Positions 62,456 through 64,000 of a stretch of DNA of 64,000 nt are shown piece by piece; position 1 is the stretch's first letter, and each line of letters starts with the position of its first letter. Source of the DNA: Oceanispirochaeta sp. Lineage in GTDB: Bacteria > Spirochaetota > Spirochaetia > DSM-2461. A program made the translations under genes and the position numbers. Where the stretch lies: assembly GCA_963666275.2 (NCBI GenBank), contig CAXXOA010000002.1, positions 640,001 to 704,000 of the forward strand, read 5' to 3'. The notes beneath the pieces are model-generated. The model was not told where the DNA came from, made no database searches, and was given only the letters and a program-made list of their open reading frames with translations.

Positions 62456-63784
62456 TCAGTCTCCCATGACTCTGTTCCGTCCCTCCTTTTTTCCCCGGTA
62501 GAGGTTCTTGTCCGCCCTGTCAATCAGCTCATCAATGTTCCAGTCAGGCTGAGACGACGCTACTCCGATTGTCATGGTTACGGAAAGGGAATGTTCTTCG
62601 TATATAAACACACTGGATTCTATGGCTGACCGTATTTTTTCAGCTGCGGTCAGAGCATCCCGGCTATCCGAATTTGTGATAAGGCAAAGGAACTCTTCTC
62701 CTCCCCAGCGGGAGGCTTTGTCTTCCTTGCGGATATTCTGCTGCAGTATCCGAGCGACTTCTTTTATGACAAGATCCCCCGCATCATGGCCGTAGGAATC
62801 ATTGACGGATTTGAAGAAATCAATGTCTCCCAGGAGGATGCTGAAGGGCTTTCCTGTTCGTAGAAAACGGGCTTTTTCATCCTCCAGGTAATCATACATG
62901 GCTCTTCTGTTGTACAGCATGGTCAAATGATCGGTGTAGGCCATTTCCTTTATCCTGTTAAAGGCTACCCGCAGCTGATCATTGGAATCTTTCAGTGTTG
63001 TAATATAGGCAGATATAACTTTGTTAATCCTCATTTCGAACAGGGTAACAAGTAACGTCAGAATGAGAAAAGACACGAGAATTGTCCTTGCTATCTGTGA
63101 GATTGTTTTTCTGTTGGTTTGAACCATTCTGATACTTTCCGATTTAACCAGAGCATCCACATCATCCAGATAAACCCCGGTTGATACAACCCAGTTGTAT
63201 GGTTTGTACAATTTTCCATAGGACATTTTTTTAGCCACAATGTCGGAATCGACTTTTCTGAAAAAATAGGTGTTATATGTCTCTCCGAAAGCATTGATTC
63301 CATTCAGTTCCTCCAGGTAGGGGAAATTGCCGTTGTTATCAATTGTATCTGTTGAAAGATACTCTCCCTCTGTTTCTCTCAGGTTCGGATGGACGAAGCG
63401 TATGGCATAATTCTCTCCTCCGCTATAGTTCAGTATCTCGTTTATCCAGATATAACCGTTCCGGGGCAGCTCCGTATTATGGATTAACTCCTTTACTGCG
63501 CTTCGGAACATTCTATCAAAATCATCCTCATTTCCGTATGTACCATATAAGCGTAGGATTTTCTCAAGTTCAGAAATTGTACTGATTGTCTGCAGGACTG
63601 TGGATCTGATCTGGTTTTGTTTCTGATACAGGATCCCCTGTTCCAGCTGATCCAGTTTTCTCCTGTATTCTCTTTGAATGTTCAGATAAATGGGGATGCA
63701 GAGCAGTGATGTTACAGAGACAATAAAAAACAGTGCACCGATATAATAGGTCCGTCTGAGTTTTGCCTTTCCAATTTTATCCAT
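62456..63784 (-). CDS. Cache-domain diguanylate cyclase
   Basis: TM-Cache (W...TGVY.DD)-TM, TD.LT.LYNRR, DIDFFK.VND.YGH, RWGGEEF. Confidence 0.92.
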   Translation of the reverse strand: MDKIGKAKLRRTYYIGALFFIVSVTSLLCIPIYLNIQREYRRKLDQLEQGILYQKQNQIRSTVLQTISTISELEKILRLYGTYGNEDDFDRMFRSAVKELIHNTELPRNGYIWINEILNYSGGENYAIRFVHPNLRETEGEYLSTDTIDNNGNFPYLEELNGINAFGETYNTYFFRKVDSDIVAKKMSYGKLYKPYNWVVSTGVYLDDVDALVKSESIRMVQTNRKTISQIARTILVSFLILTLLVTLFEMRINKVISAYITTLKDSNDQLRVAFNRIKEMAYTDHLTMLYNRRAMYDYLEDEKARFLRTGKPFSILLGDIDFFKSVNDSYGHDAGDLVIKEVARILQQNIRKEDKASRWGGEEFLCLITNSDSRDALTAAEKIRSAIESSVFIYEEHSLSVTMTIGVASSQPDWNIDELIDRADKNLYRGKKEGRNRVMGD

Positions 63785-64000
63785 TGATCCTGAACCTTTG
63801 TAATCTACTGATAATAGGATCTATTCAATCACGAATAGAAGGTTGACTCAATTATTAGAGTTTTTACGGTCTACACCCATAATTATAGATTCCATGGAAT
63901 AGAGAAATCTAGCGGAATTCCTGTAACGTTCACTGCAGGATCAGGGAAAAAAATTAAGTGTCTCCTTTCAGATCAGTCCCATCCGGAAGTTCTGGCAATT

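Overview
A 64 kb bacterial accessory region with no core housekeeping operons, rRNA, intact tRNA or CRISPR array. The gene content is that of an anaerobe, and the integrase remnant looks spirochaete-like (inference). Most of the window appears to be a tandem array of degenerate integrative elements built from recurring cis-modules. Module A is an attP-like junction: a tRNA 3'-end core GTTCAAGTCCTAGTGGGCCCA flanked by tandem CTGACGCC arm-like repeats, three GTACNNCATAA half-sites and a terminator. It is well preserved at ~706-1012, 8361-8765 and 13151-13457, core-deleted at 33617-33750, and degenerate at ~44182, 53149 and 61605. Module B is origin-like: four GTTCAY-N3-GTGAAC palindromes plus an AT-rich tract (3864, 10452, 31012), with its 5' box also scattered alone. 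Module C is the N-terminal half of a tyrosine integrase, always cut at the same codon and followed by dif-like half-sites and a toxin-antitoxin pair. Cargo between modules varies: an HNH/Shedu defence cluster, a duplicated rubredoxin-rubrerythrin operon, an AraC/siderophore-type ABC importer, a low-GC peptidase-ABC exporter remnant, a P1B ATPase, WYL/MarR/TetR mini-regulons, katG, fabF and others. Three IS66 copies, an IS3, IS256 and IS3 remnants and a 72-bp structured miniature element have invaded the array. All calls come from reading the sequence and ORF track only; no searches were run.
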